Source: Pecten maximus
Lineage: Eukaryota
DNA: 64,000 bases
Direction of reading: 5' to 3'
Assembly (NCBI RefSeq): GCF_902652985.1
Contig: NC_047019.1
Span: forward strand, 9,238,001-9,302,000
Shown here piece by piece: positions 63,705 to 64,000 of this stretch. Numbering within the stretch: position 1 is the stretch's first letter; each line of letters begins with the position of its first letter. The notes under the pieces are model-generated. The model searched no databases and was not told the origin of the DNA. It saw only the letters and a program-made list of their open reading frames with translations. The translations under genes were made by a program, and so were the position numbers.

Positions 63705-64000
63705 ATGTTCGCCGTTCGTTCTCTTTACCGACAAGTTGGTGGTGGCTTCCGACGTGGTTTGGAATGTACGACAACCGTTCGATCACAAATCAATGGTGCT
63801 TTGATGAGCGATGGCTGCACGTCCCCAATGGGCGTTGGAAGAAAAGGACGTTTGATTGTTCGCCCAAGGCAATTGTGCACTTTTAACGTTAACGACAAAG
63901 AATTATTACGACCAAGAAATGCTTACACAGTATTTTCACAACAAAGATATAAGTCGAAAAAGAGAAAAAACAAACAGACCGAAGAAAGTAGTGAAAATGA
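63705..64000 (+). CDS. N-terminus of a probable mitochondrial protein (possibly MTRES1/C6orf203-like), truncated by window end
   Basis: Open 98 codons MFAVRSLYRQVGGGFRRG...QQRYKSKKRKNKQTEESSEN: Arg-rich, acid-poor presequence-like start, then a basic-to-acidic switch; YY1-like ATGGCTGCC just upstream. Confidence 0.65.
   Translation, partial: MFAVRSLYRQVGGGFRRGLECTTTVRSQINGALMSDGCTSPMGVGRKGRLIVRPRQLCTFNVNDKELLRPRNAYTVFSQQRYKSKKRKNKQTEESSEN

Overview
AT-rich animal (metazoan) genomic DNA, most likely a bivalve mollusc judging by the tRNA-derived V-type SINEs, HINE-like repeats and MITEs. There are three assembly gaps (16035-16534, 36717-36858, 61240-61368). Most long ORFs in the supplied track are artefacts of tandem repeats. 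Splicing the sequence by hand recovers six protein-coding loci: (1) the last four coding exons of mitochondrial tryptophanyl-tRNA synthetase WARS2 (+); (2) an intronless 306-aa orphan ORF (-); (3) a complete 5-exon, 205-aa secreted ependymin/LolA-fold-like gene (-) that the ORF track almost entirely misses; (4) head-to-head with it, a 10-exon ~484-aa protein with an N-myristoylation motif and three cyclic-nucleotide-binding-like domains, carrying a 1-nt frameshift (+); (5) a complete 5-exon MIS18A-like gene with an unusual repeat-containing C-terminal tail (-); (6) the start of a probable mitochondrial protein at the right edge (+). Large satellites have 28-bp (1-3740), 22-bp (21326-30872) and 46-bp (41020-44387) units. 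Most notable observations: a WARS2 intron whose first ~390 bp is a tandem array of the exon end plus 5' splice site, with an in-frame stop; a TTAA-targeting transposon inserted into a WARS2 splice acceptor next to a GC-donor exon; tRNA-Thr-bearing mini-LTR (Helenus-like TRIM) elements; and 29-41 bp hairpin elements with 7-bp target-site duplications (TSDs).
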